Shown here: piece after piece, positions 12,461-24,030 of the stretch
Layout of the letters: each line of letters begins with the position of its first letter
How positions within the stretch are numbered: position 1 is the first letter of the stretch
From: Neoechinorhynchus agilis
Taxonomy: Eukaryota > Animalia > Acanthocephala
Reading direction: 5' to 3'
DNA: 64,000 bases
Assembly: GCA_051530055.1 (NCBI GenBank)
Contig: CM121342.1
Location: 11,795,480 to 11,859,479, forward strand
Made by a program: the position numbers and the translations under genes
The notes under the pieces: generated by a model
The model's input: the letters and a program-made list of their open reading frames with translations, nothing else
What the model was told of the DNA's origin: nothing
The model's database searches: none

Positions 12461-14715
12461 ATTATCATATTTGGTCAATAGTCACAAGATTGAAAGATCA
12501 CTAAATTTGCAAGATTTTTTAAAATAAGATAACACCATTGATTTCAGCGCATTGATTTTAAAATGTTATGTTATTCATAACAACCTCTTCAAATTTTGAA
12601 TTTAATTCGTTCTTTGCCGAACAAAATCCTAAACTAGATCTATGAAAGTTTAAAAAGCAACATAAAATTGTTCCTTATACTACAGATGTAATATTCGCAT
12701 CGAAAATCGCATTATCATATTTTGCCAATATTAACAAGAGTGAAAGATGACTAAATTTGCAAGATTCATTAAAATTAGATAACACCATTGAAATCGGCGC
12801 ATCATTTATGCTCAAAATGTTTTTTCATTTCGTCACAACTTTCGAGCATATCAGGTTTAATTCAGGAGTCTTTTATGAACTTCAATCGTTAAACTAAGTG
12901 TCAAAATTTTAAAAGTAACATATTACTGTTGTTGCAGGTGAATTCAGCGTAAAAAGTAGATACAGAAAAGTTAATTTGATCTTAAATTGATTGATGTTTT
13001 TATATCAATAATCAAGGTAGTTTGTCTTAGAATCCAACAACGAATAACTCAAGAACAATGACAGCTATCGAAAATCCGAAAACAGATTTGGAATTAGCGC
13101 GTTAAGATGTACTAAATTAGCTGATTCCTTACACGACAGCTGTAATATTCGCATCGGAAATCGCATTGTTATATTTTGCCAATATTCACAAGAGTGAAAG
13201 ATCACAAAATTTGCAAGGTTAATTAAAATTGGTCAACACCATTGAAATCAGCGATTTAGATATGCTCAAAATGTTTTATCATTTCGTAACAACTTACGAG
13301 TACCATAGATTTAATTCAGGTGTCTTTTATGAACTTATATCCTTAAACTAAGTGTAAAAGTTTAAAAAGCATCATCAAAGTGTTATTGGAGGTGAATTAT
13401 GCGTCAAAAGTAGATCTAGAAAAGTTAATTTGATCTTAAATTGATTGGCGTTTTAATATCAATAATCAATGTAGTTTGTCTCAAAATTTAACAACGATTA
13501 ACTCAAGAACCATTAAAGCCATCGCAAATTTGGATACAGATTTTGAATCAGCGCATTAGGGTGTACTAAATTAACTGACATCCTTAACTACAACTGCAAT
13601 ATTCGAATCGGAAATCGCATTATCATATTTGGTCAATAGTCACAAGATTGAAAGATCACTAAATTTGCAAGATTTTTTAAAATAAGATAACACCATTGAT
13701 TTCAGCGCATTAGATATGCCCAAAATGTTGTATCATTTCGTAACAACTTACAAGTACCACAGATTTAATTCAGATGTCTTTTATGAACTTCAATCCTAAA
13801 ACTAAGTGTAAAAGTTTAAAAAGCAACATAAAATTGTTATTGCAGGTGAACTCAGCGTCAAAAGTAGATCTAGAAAAGTTAATTTGATCTTAAATTCGTT
13901 GACGTTTTTATATCAATAATCAAGGTAGTTTTTCCCAAAATTTAACAACGAATAACTCAAGAACCATTAAAGCTATTGCAAATTTGGATACAGATTTGGA
14001 ATCAGCGCGTTAAAATGTGCTAAATTATTTCACTTTGTAAACTACAGCTGCAATATTCGAATCGGAAATCGCATTATTATATTTTGTCAATAGTCAAAGG
14101 AGTGAAAGATCACTAAATTTGCAAGATTCATTTAAATTAGATAACACCATTGAAATCAGCGCATTAGATATGCTTCAAATGTTATATCATTTCGTAAAAA
14201 TTTACGAGTACCAAAGATTTAATTCAGGTGTCTTTTATGAACTTCAATCCTTAAACTGAGTGTAAAAGTTTAAAAAGCCACATCAAACTGCTATTGCATG
14301 TGAATTCAGCGTCAAAAGTAGATCTAGAAAAGCTAATTTGATCTTAAATTTATTGACGTTTTAATATCAATAATCAAGGTAGTTTGTCTAAAAATTTAAC
14401 AACGAATAACTTACGAACCATTAAAGCTATCGCAAACCTGGATACAGGTTTGGAATCAGCGTGTAAAGATGTACTAAATTAACTGATTCCGTACACTACA
14501 GCTGTAATATTCGCATCGGATATCGCATTAGAATATATGGTCAATATTCACAAGACTGAAAGATATTTAAATTTGATAGATTCATTCAAATTAGATAACG
14601 CCATTGAAATCCGCGCATTAGACATCCTCAAAATGTTTTATTATTTCGTAACAACTTTCGAGCACAACAGATTTTATTCAGGGTTCTTTTATGAACTTCA
14701 ATCCTAAAACTAAGT
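12461..14715. repeat. Tandem array, unit about 454 bp, about 4.5 copies plus a truncated unit
   Basis: Anchor ATATTT(G/T)G(C/T)CAATA..CACAAGA.TGAAAGAT recurs at about 12.47, 12.72, 13.17, 13.63, 14.08 and 14.54 kb. Confidence 0.9.
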
Positions 14716-15519
14716 GTAGCAACAAAGACATGAAAGTGCTTTTTTAGAAACCGTGAACTTTTCCCCTAGGTGGTGAAACGTTTTATCTAAGATAAATTTC
14801 ACCAACTGGAAGCCGAAACTTTCAAACTGTCAAAAATCCATCACGTTAGATAATATTCTTGGAACAGTATTTGAATTTCACTCAATAAGTTGTGCTAAGT
14901 GCAATAGGCCATCCATAGTTTTTCGCAGGCTAATAGCAATCCGTTCTGATCGGATTCTTAATGACATCCTAAAAGTATGGCCGATGAATCAAAAATTATC
15001 CTCTTCTAATAGCATCACTGGCACCAAATTTTTTAATCTTCTGTCGCAGGATTCTATTTACTTTTTGCAAAACTGGTGCCTTTCTATTACGACCATGCCA
15101 CCTCAAAAACGTTATAATATCTTCTGAATGGCGTACCGCAGTGTTCGCCGCTTTATCCTATTTTATATCTACTGCCTCCCCAATACCTAACACAAAATTT
15201 TAAAATTAATGCATCACTGACATGTTAACAAACAAACGGAAGATGAAGCCGACGAGGTTGGAAACGTCGTTAATAAGTAATCATTTACCGGGTTTAAACC
15301 TAAACAATAATTCCACATAACTTTTGTTATTAAAACCCACAGGGTGGCTAAGATGAAACTCCTAATCAAACAATGTGTTGAATATCTGATTTTATCTTTA
15401 CCTAAAATCAGCTTATCCCTAAGCCTATCCAAAACACAGTATATTTTATTGAACTTTCCAATCGGCTCCATAAAGATCTTCTTAAGCTTTTCTTTGATGA
15501 TTTTATGTCCGCACAGCAA

Positions 15520-17810
15520 TAAAAACACTGCAGTCGATTTCTGTTTTCCTGTATGTTATTTGATCATAATCAGAGGATATATCATGTGTCATGAGCACAT
15601 ATTCGAATTTTTAAGCTAATGACGTCATATTTACGATTTAAAGAGCTAAAAAACTAAAGCACAAATAAAACACTGCAGTGGATTAAGTGGATTAAGTGGA
15701 TTATTTTCCTGTATGTTATTTGCTCGAAATCGGAAGATATTGCATGAGCACGTGTTCTAATTTTAAAGCTGATGACGTCATGTTTTCGACACAAACAACG
15801 AAAAAATAAAGCAATAAAACACTGCCATCGATCTCTGTTTTCCTGTATGTTGTTTGCTGGAAATGAGAAGATATTGCTTGAGCACGTGTGTTAATTTTTG
15901 AACTTTTTACGTTTTTTATACGAGTAAGCGGCAGACGTAACTAATGCTGCCTTAATGGTGAACCATTTATGATTCAACGTGTTTTCAATACAAACAACCA
16001 AAAATGAAGCAACAAAATACCGCAGTCGAATTCTGTTTTCCTTTATGTTATTTGCTCAAAATCAGGAGATATCTCATGAGCATAGGTTCTAATTTTTAAG
16101 CAGATGACGTCAAGTTTTCGACACAAACAACGAAAAAATAAAGCAATAAAACACTGCCATCGATCTCTGTTTTCCTGTATGTTGTTTGCTGGAAATGAGA
16201 AGATATTGCTTGAGCACGTGTGTTAATTTTTGAACTTTTTACGTTTTTATACGAGTAAGCGGCAGACGTAACTAATGCTGCCTTAATGGTGAACCATTTA
16301 TGATTCAACGTGTTTTCAATACAAACAACCAAAAATGAAGCAACAAAATACCGCAGTCGAATTCTGTTTTCCTTTATGTTATTTGCTCAAAATCAGGAGA
16401 CATCTCATGAGCATAGGTTCTAATTTTTAAGCAGATGACGTCAAGTTTTCGACACAAACAACGAAAAAATAAAGCAATAAAACACTGCCGTCGATCTCTG
16501 TTTTCCTGTATGTTGTTTGCTGGAAATGAGAAGATATTGCTTGAGCACGTGTGTTAATTTTTAAACCTTTTACGTTTTTTTATACGAGTAAGCGGCAGAC
16601 GTAACTAATGCTGCCTTAATGGTGAACCATTTATGATTCAACGTGTTTTCAATACAAACAACCAAAAATGAAGCAACAAAATACCGCAGTCGAATTCTGT
16701 TTTCCTTTATGTTATTTGCTCAAAATCAGGAGACATCTCATGAGCATAGGTTCTAATTTTTAAGCAGATGACGTCATGTTTTCGACACAAACAACGAAAA
16801 AATAAAGCAATAAAACACTGCCATCGATCTCTGTTTTCCTGTATGTTGTTTGCTGGAAATGAGAAGATATTGCTTGAGCACGTGTGTTAATTTTTAAACC
16901 TTTTACGTTTTTTATACGAGTAAGCGGCAGACGTAACTAATGCTGCCTTAATGGTGAACCATTTATGATTCAACGTGTTTTCAATACAAACAACCAAAAA
17001 TGCAGCAACAAAATACCGCAGTCGAATTCTGTTTTCCTTTATGTTATTTGCTCAAAATCAGGAGATATCTCATGAGCATAGGTTCTAATTTTTAAGCAGA
17101 TGACGTCAAGTTTTCGACACAAACAACGAAAAAATAAAGCAATAAAACACTGCCATCGATCTCTGTTTTCCTGTATGTTATTTGCTATAAATGAGAAGAT
17201 ATTGAATGAGCACCTTTTTCAATTTTTAAACTGATGACGTTTTTGCAACGAGCAAACAGCGGAGGTAACTTGTTTTCGATATAAACAACGAGAAAAGTAA
17301 AGGAGCAATAATATACTGCGCTCAATTTTGTTTTCCTGTATGTTATTTGCTCAAAATGAGAAGATATTGCATGGCACGTGTTCTAATCTTTAGGCCGATC
17401 GAGTCATGTTCTCGATGTAAAAAACGAAAAACTAAAGCACCAATAAAACACCGCAGTCGATCTCTGTTTTCTTGCATGTTATTTGCAATAAATATGAAAA
17501 TATTGCACGATCATGTGTTCTTATTTAAACTGATGACGTAATGCTTTCGACATAAACTACGAAAAGGAAGCAGCACTGAAAAACTTCGGTGGATTTATGT
17601 TTTTCTGTTTGTCATTTTCTCAAAATCAGAAGACATTGCATGATCACGTGTTTTAATTTTTGAACTGATGACGTCATGCTTTTGTTAAAAACAACGAAAA
17701 GACTAAAGCAAGAATAAAAAGCTGCTGTCGATTTCTGTATTGCTGTTTATTATTTTCCCAAAATTGGAAGATATTGCATGAGTACGTGTTCTTATTTTTA
17801 AACTGATGAC
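15520..17810. repeat. Satellite with ~134-bp monomers and a 332-bp higher-order repeat (4 near-identical copies)
   Basis: ACTGCC(A/G)TCGATCTCTGTTTTCC at 15821, 16153, 16484, 16818 and 17149. Each higher-order unit is a 134-bp monomer plus a 198-bp monomer carrying a ~64-bp insert. Confidence 0.9.
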
Positions 17811-18565
17811 GGATAAACGGGGGACGTTGCTCATTTTTCAAGTTATTGGATCATTGAACGTTTTAAAAGCTTCTCTGCCCGCTAAGAGAGCTTTACTTGA
17901 AGTTATCAACAAGCCTTCCTCTCGTCATAGCTTATATACTAAACCTAACCCTTACATTGGTTTCCTGGAGAGGGGACACTCTATGTATGCCCAGGTTTTT
18001 GACATCGTGCTGCAATGTAATTTTGCTAGCGTCACAAGGCTCTTTTTATGATACAATTCAATCGAAACAAAACACGTTCAATCAGCTAATGTTCAGCACT
18101 TTTTAACTTTCAATGATGTAGTTAATTTCACGAAACGTCGACAACAAATCTAGTCATCAATTCTTAGCGGGTTCCGAGAGCTTCGACTGACGTCATTTAT
18201 AAGCACTCATTCACGTCGTAGCTCATATGCTATGCCTAGCCCTTACTGGGATCTCTTCTCCGAGATTAAGTGAACCTTTTTAAGATAAGGTGGCCGCTTG
18301 TCATTCTCCACGGCAAAGATAGGTTGCAAATTTTTGGATGCTGCATCCTTTTTCAAAACGTAGTGGTTTTTAACGTATCTAATTACGGCACTAATCGATT
18401 CATCTGATTGAATTTTTTATTCTACCAGCTTTAAAAATCGATTGTAAATTTTCATTTGAGAAACTTAAAACTTTCCGTCAATTCAATAATGAACATTAAA
18501 AAGCACTTAAGAAGACGCTTAAAATCGCAGTTGATTTAAAAAGACTTTCGAAAAGCACATTACAT

Positions 18566-18740
18566 AATGATCTCTCGAAGAAATTGAGAGAGGCAACCGG
18601 AGACTCAAGAGCAGGCTTATTTCTTCGACAAAATATCTCGCTGGCAGTACAACGGGGCAATGCTGCCAGCGTGATGGCGACGGTCGAGGAAGGACAAAAG
18701 CTGGAATTTGGTGGGAGGTGGTGAATGTAAAGAAAAGTAA
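18566..18740 (+). mobile_element. CRE-clade retrotransposon 3' end
   Basis: Essentially identical to 40571-40745. Confidence 0.85.
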
Positions 18741-19199
18741 CCAAATAGAAAACTGGAAACCACATTCCTTATGTTCAATCTCCTTCAGAGCTATCTAGCG
18801 ATGACTTTCTTGTAGGTCATTGATTTAAAATGATTACTCCTCATAAATTATTTTTCGATTAAAAAAACAGTAATAAAAATTTAAACGCGCGCCAAATGAT
18901 TACGCAAACAATAATTCTTTCGTTTTCTGCACATTATAAATTGCTGCCTGTTTCCTATAGCTGCCTCCATGTTCCTGTATCGTTCTTTTTTGTTCGCCTA
19001 TGAAATGAGCGATTTTGGAGCTATGGGCTTATGAAGGCATCTTTGAGCGTCTGTGATCGTAAGTAATTTGTTGGAAACGTATTTTCCCTATCAATGGAGC
19101 CTTCTGATCGATGGAGGGTATCGCTCTCCGTCTCCAGAAAGCATCTGTACCTTGAATGGTAGTTATTTTTGCTTTATTCATCTACCACACTAAAGCATT

Positions 19200-20876
19200 G
19201 CTTGGAGAGATTAGACTCAGCTCACACTCATCGAAAGCTCCTTCGCCTAAGTTCCTTGTAAGTTTAAGAATCTTCTTTAGTCTGCACCTCCATTGCTCGT
19301 CTTTACGTCTGAGATTAGCGGGACGATGTCGCATGAGGCTTCGAGCTTAACCATTAAGGATGGAATTGCATAGTCGTTTAGAAGGTTAACGTCTTTTAAT
19401 AGGGTCGTGTGACTGCTTTGATTTGAGGCCTCGAGAACTTTCGCAGGGATAAGTACCTGACTCATTAATCCAAACGACGAATTCGTGGCTGTGCGAGATC
19501 GAATTCGAAGAGGAACATCGTCGCTTGGAGTTTGCCCGACAAAATTGCATTGATAGGCAGTCGCTGCGGCCCTCAAGATGAAGTGAACTGATAGTTCGTT
19601 GTAATTTTTAGTAGCATCCAGTGTGTCATTTAATGTGAGATTTGCATCAAGAATCATTTTTACTATATGAAGTGAAACAGGGTCCTGACACCTCTTGAGA
19701 TGAGGCCCCATCGATCTAACCTCAGAGCATTCATACACACCGCAGATGGGGCAAATCCACGTAGTGACATTGTGCTTATGAGCGGTGGCCTGGTGTTCAT
19801 TGAAGAGTTTAACTCTCGATTTGCCAACCGCCATAAGATCACAGTCCGAACATTTTAATCCATACTCTTGAGATATGGGGTATATCATTTTGTGGCCGTC
19901 TTTTACATCTACAGTCGCATGTATTGTATTTGATGCGATAGCTGTCGAGGTCGTATGATGATGAGCCTGATCGTTTACGTTGTCTCTAACATCAACTTCA
20001 TGAACTGCTACAGTAACTTCGGATACTTCAAATGCGTCAGCGCGAGGGCTTTCAAGCTGTAATGTTCCCATCGTGAGTTTCAAAGTTTCGCGGGGCTCCG
20101 TGTGAAATGAAACGTCAGGTGAATTGGATGGATATGGGTGTTCATCGATCGTTCTAACAACAGTTTCTTCAATTTCATCGGGTTCATCCATAGCATTGTT
20201 CCTAGTATTGATTGCTTTATTTACCTTTTTGCAACACGTAATCAAATGGCTTCTCAAAGAGGCATGATTCGCCGAGGAAAACGTATTACATACAGGGCAC
20301 TTGTATATAATTTCTTTAGCGTGGTGGATAGCGTCCAGGTGGTCTTTTATGGCCTTCAATTTGCATCCGCCAACAAATTGGGCTTCACATACACTGCATT
20401 TTACGGCAGAGACTTGAATCGCTGAAAACGACTTGCGCAACATTACATTCTGATGGTGACCCTCTTATTGGTCCAGACCCAAGTAGCTCCTTGAACTTCT
20501 GCACCATCTTTTTCTTGCAACTTTTGAAATGAACACACAGAGAGTGTACTGATTCGTTCTGTGTGCCGCATAGGCTACACATCCAGCAGGCTGATTGCTT
20601 GTGCACAATTCGAAGATGATCGACCAGTAGTTGAATTTTTGATCCACCCGTGAATACCAATTGATTCTCGCAGCTGGGACACGAACAATATTCATCCATG
20701 TAGAGGTGGTACGGAAGTTGAACTACGTCAAGCTGAGGCTGTTGGATTGAATGGTCATTTTGTTGTGGAATATCTGAAGTGGAGGAAGCACGCGTCCCCG
20801 GTGGAGGGGATATAACTATAGACTTTGGAAGCTTAGTCGTCTTTTCTGTATCTTTAGGGAAAGTCATAGTTACGTC
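19200..20876 (-). mobile_element. R2-like retrotransposon 5' part (three CCHH+CCHC zinc-finger pairs), no RT
   Basis: ORFs 20385-20867 and 19277-20443. Homologous to 45288-46850 (e.g. GKSRVKLF.EHQA, AAA.AYQC.FV..TPSDDVP.RIRSR). Confidence 0.75.
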
Positions 20877-22140
20877 GGGCCCTGTCTAAGCTTCACTATC
20901 TTCAGACCGATTGCTCGTGCCCTGGAGACAGTGGGTAACTCTGCGCTCCGTCCGCAACGCAGGTACTGCGCATACCTGGTAGCTGCCGCATCAACGAATT
21001 GCCCATTGAGAGGACCGTTCCAATAACGGAGGGCACTGCCCTCACACTCAAGAAACTTTCGGTATCTTGGGTGGAGGTTATCCCCGCTCAGCTCCTCCGT
21101 TACGCATTCATATGCTTCTGCCGCTGTGAACACAGTCGGCACCGTAGGGCAGTCAGCCTTAATGGCGTCCCCTTCACACCGGCTATTTGACTGCTTATGG
21201 CTTGACATTAGCTCGCAGCTACTGTCCGTGTCCATGCCACCCGCTAAGGCGAGTGAATGGGCAGAGGGTGGGCAGTCCTCTTTATTTAGCACATCGCTCA
21301 CTTGAGACGATTCAGATCGACTTTGGGATGACGAGTTCGGCAGGTTCTTTAACTTCCTTTGCTTGCAAGCCGTAATGTGGCTACGAACAGACACGCAATT
21401 AGCCGATGTGTATGTAATACACAGCGGGCACCCGTAGCTGATTGACTCTACCTTATGGGCGCGTCCGTAGTGCGCTTTAAGGACGGCGATTCTGTCCGTA
21501 CCAATAAATGCCTTTTGCATTTTACAGATCCACTGGCAGATTCGCTTAGAGTGATCACACCTGTAGTGCCTAGAGCGGCGGCAGCTACCGGCTCACTCTG
21601 GTATTCAAGAAGCTTGTATTGATCGACATTTTTAATAGCACACACTTTAAAGTGTGGTCCCATCGAAGAAAGAGCAACGGACTTCATATTGCAAAGCGCG
21701 CAGCGCCACTCAATCGTACTTGCGTGACGGTCCTTCATGTACTCGCACAGGAGCTTAATTTTTGATTTTCCCGTAAATGCCAGGTCATGGCATATCGGAC
21801 AGTTGATGAAATCTTGTTGCGAGTAATGGTATAATAGGTCGGTTTTCTGGGCGATCATTTGATGCCGTTGATCTTGATCTTGTCGCTGACAGTCATCTAC
21901 AACGAGGAGCGCAAAGCTCTCGGCGGACGTGGGGATAACTACAGACTTCTTTTGTTCTGGTTCATTCAGTTCTTTCAGGCAAAAGCATGAGCTGGAGCCC
22001 AAGTGTTACCGTCATGCTAATGGCTCTTACTTTACTCCATTTTTAGTTGGAAAATCTCACTACAATTTTATATCAGTGCATTATGCAATAATTTTTATGC
22101 GCCAAAGATTTCTTTGTAATCACGAGTGTTCATATCCGTA
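20877..22140 (-). mobile_element. Second R2-like 5' part (two zinc-finger pairs plus YRKFL...RYAQYL domain), ending at the 20876 junction
   Basis: CPICHDLAFTGKSKIKLLCEYMKDRH...CALC...HFKVC. HPRYRKFLECE...GPLNGQFVDAAATRYAQYL matches HPRYRFFLKNE...GPMN.EFIESMSARYLSYL at 46430-46540. Confidence 0.7.
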
Positions 22141-22440
22141 ATGGAGGGTTCGATTGGAGCCTTCTGAACTTCTTGAAAGGCTCTATTCTGGTGATAAAGA
22201 GTGACTTCGCCAGTAAGATTCATTCTTCCTTCAAAACAAGTTGAACGCCGTTAAACGAGCATCTATGCGCTTAATGTCTTCAACTGAGGTTACCTTTGAA
22301 ATAATAACGAAAGCTTTTTGAAAAAGTCGACGATCAACAAACATATTAAAATATTTCTCATGTCGTTCAGTTGGTAGATTGTCTATTGACTTCTCAACAT
22401 CATGTTATCTTTTCGATTGTCCATATCCGAGATATATTCG

Positions 22441-22606
22441 CGGTTGAAAACAAATGTTTATTTTGGACCGATATTTCGGAGTGATGAGTTAGTTGACTTC
22501 CTCATTGATCTTATTCTGACTACCTTTGTAGATCGCGTGTTTTCGGGACCCTGAAGAAGGAGTGAAACCTCGAAATATTGGTCCAAAATAAACATTTTTT
22601 CAACCG
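22441..22606. repeat. Foldback element (inverted arms about 37 bp) inside a degraded PLE region
   Basis: 22441-22478 is the reverse complement of 22571-22608 with 2-3 differences. Confidence 0.75.
22546..22584 (+). ncRNA. Minimal type I hammerhead ribozyme
   Basis: GGACC-CTGAAGA-AG-GAG tgaaac CTC-GAAA-TA-TT-GGTCC: perfect 5-bp stem I, 3-bp stem II, palindromic ATAT. Confidence 0.75.
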
Positions 22607-23851
22607 TGTATTGTGCTCAAATAAGGACACTCTCATGTACCTGTCTTTGTTCGACAAACTGGGAAAAATCGGAAGTGGTCTACACTTAAACGGAGTTTTA
22701 CTGGCTTTGGAGACACTCCTTGATGACAAATTAGTCTGATTAACTCAAAACTGAATCTTTATTTTCGAGCTTTTGTCGTCTTACGACTTCTACAGAAATC
22801 TACAAAGACGCGTGGTGATATGAAGAGTGTTAAAGTGGCGACATCGAAGTGTGGAAAGTTCGTTCCGCCTGTTGAGCAGTGTACAGCTGATGACCACTCA
22901 ACTCCTTTTCCTCGACATTTATAATAACACGTTTTATTTGTTGATTCACAAAGAAGAGGACCAATAAGGCAAGATTTAAAACATTTTTCGATGATTTTTG
23001 AAAGTGTCTTTTATGGAAGAAGGATAACTTTAGCAGTTTTCAGGCATGAGGGTAGATGCCATATAAAAAGCTGCAATGAGTTCGGGGATGATGTAGCGAA
23101 GAGCCTAGTTTGGGATTTCGGATTGTGAGGATGAATTTCGAGGTAATTTCTTGAGATACTGTATTACTTCGTATGACGAAATTACGGGGAGTATCGGCGA
23201 GTTGATAAAAGTTTGGGATGTGGGCGTGAAAGATTGTGTGGTGTCTGATGTGGAACAGTGATTGTAAAATACGTTAGGGTAGAGGTTCTGATTAATGGAA
23301 TCTACAACCTGTCTTAATTCAGTGGAGGTCAAATTAGGGAAGGGACCAGAGTGGCGTGTTGAATTGCCACCCGAACGAATTATAGAGGAAAGAAAGTTTT
23401 TGCGGGCGATAAGTATTTTGTTAGAGCTTGTAAGCGAATAAAGGCTCGAGAGTTATTGCGATGGGCCTTAGAAGTTTGTTTGTGAATGTCACGGTTGGTG
23501 ATCTTAATAAATCTATTGGGAATTGTCGAAGTTAGAGAATTTTATATGATTGAGGTTAGGGAGGACATGGCCAAGGAATGGTCACTTGTGTTGTCAGAGT
23601 GGAATGTGCGAATATTAGAGTTGAACAATTTCATACAATTTTGGATGTGATGATATCGTTTGTCACAGACGGGTAAACGGGGAGATTTTATTTGCTGAGG
23701 TGGGGTGGTGGGAGTACTAAGGGCAGAAGAGTGGTCAGAGTTCGCGTGGGGAGGGAGTTTAGAGGCGGATGAGTAGGCGTAGATATTTGTGGACACTTTG
23801 TCGAGGTGAGCGTTAAGACGAGTTGGGAAGTCAATAAGTTGACGCAACTCA

Positions 23852-24030
23852 CCGATGATGCACAACCAAAGGGGACGAAATACTGCTGAAAGGAGGAAGC
23901 TCACTGATGAGTCCCGCCTCCTGGAGGTATCTGAGAATCCGGAGGGATGTACAAACTTATAACCGTACGGTCTTGGGGCACTGAGCGCAGACCAGCGCTT
24001 CCCAACCCGAAATCGGTGGACCGTGTGTCC
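23852..24030 (+). mobile_element. 5'-truncated copy of the Pol III/hammerhead element, within the LINE in opposite orientation
   Basis: High similarity to 48770-48950. Confidence 0.8.
23872..23940 (+). ncRNA. Putative non-circularly permuted hammerhead ribozyme (best-formed copy)
   Basis: GGGAC-GAAA-TACT ... CTCA-CTGATGA-GTCCC ... GGTAT-C-TGAG. Stems II, III and I all pair; predicted cleavage after C23931. Confidence 0.65.

Noticed and set aside
15520-17810. Satellite monomer as a hammerhead (CTGATGA...GAAA present)
   Set aside because: Stems I and II cannot be formed convincingly, and the core is CAGATGA in many monomers.
12461-17810. CRISPR-like arrays
   Set aside because: Units are long tandem repeats without unique spacers, in a eukaryotic context with no cas genes.
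20760-20876. HDV-like ribozyme at the R2-like 5' end (CCCCTCCACCGGGG resembles P3/L3)
   Set aside because: No matching P1 or P2 pairing was found by hand, and the motif is not clearly conserved in the 45.3-kb copy. Needs a covariance-model search.
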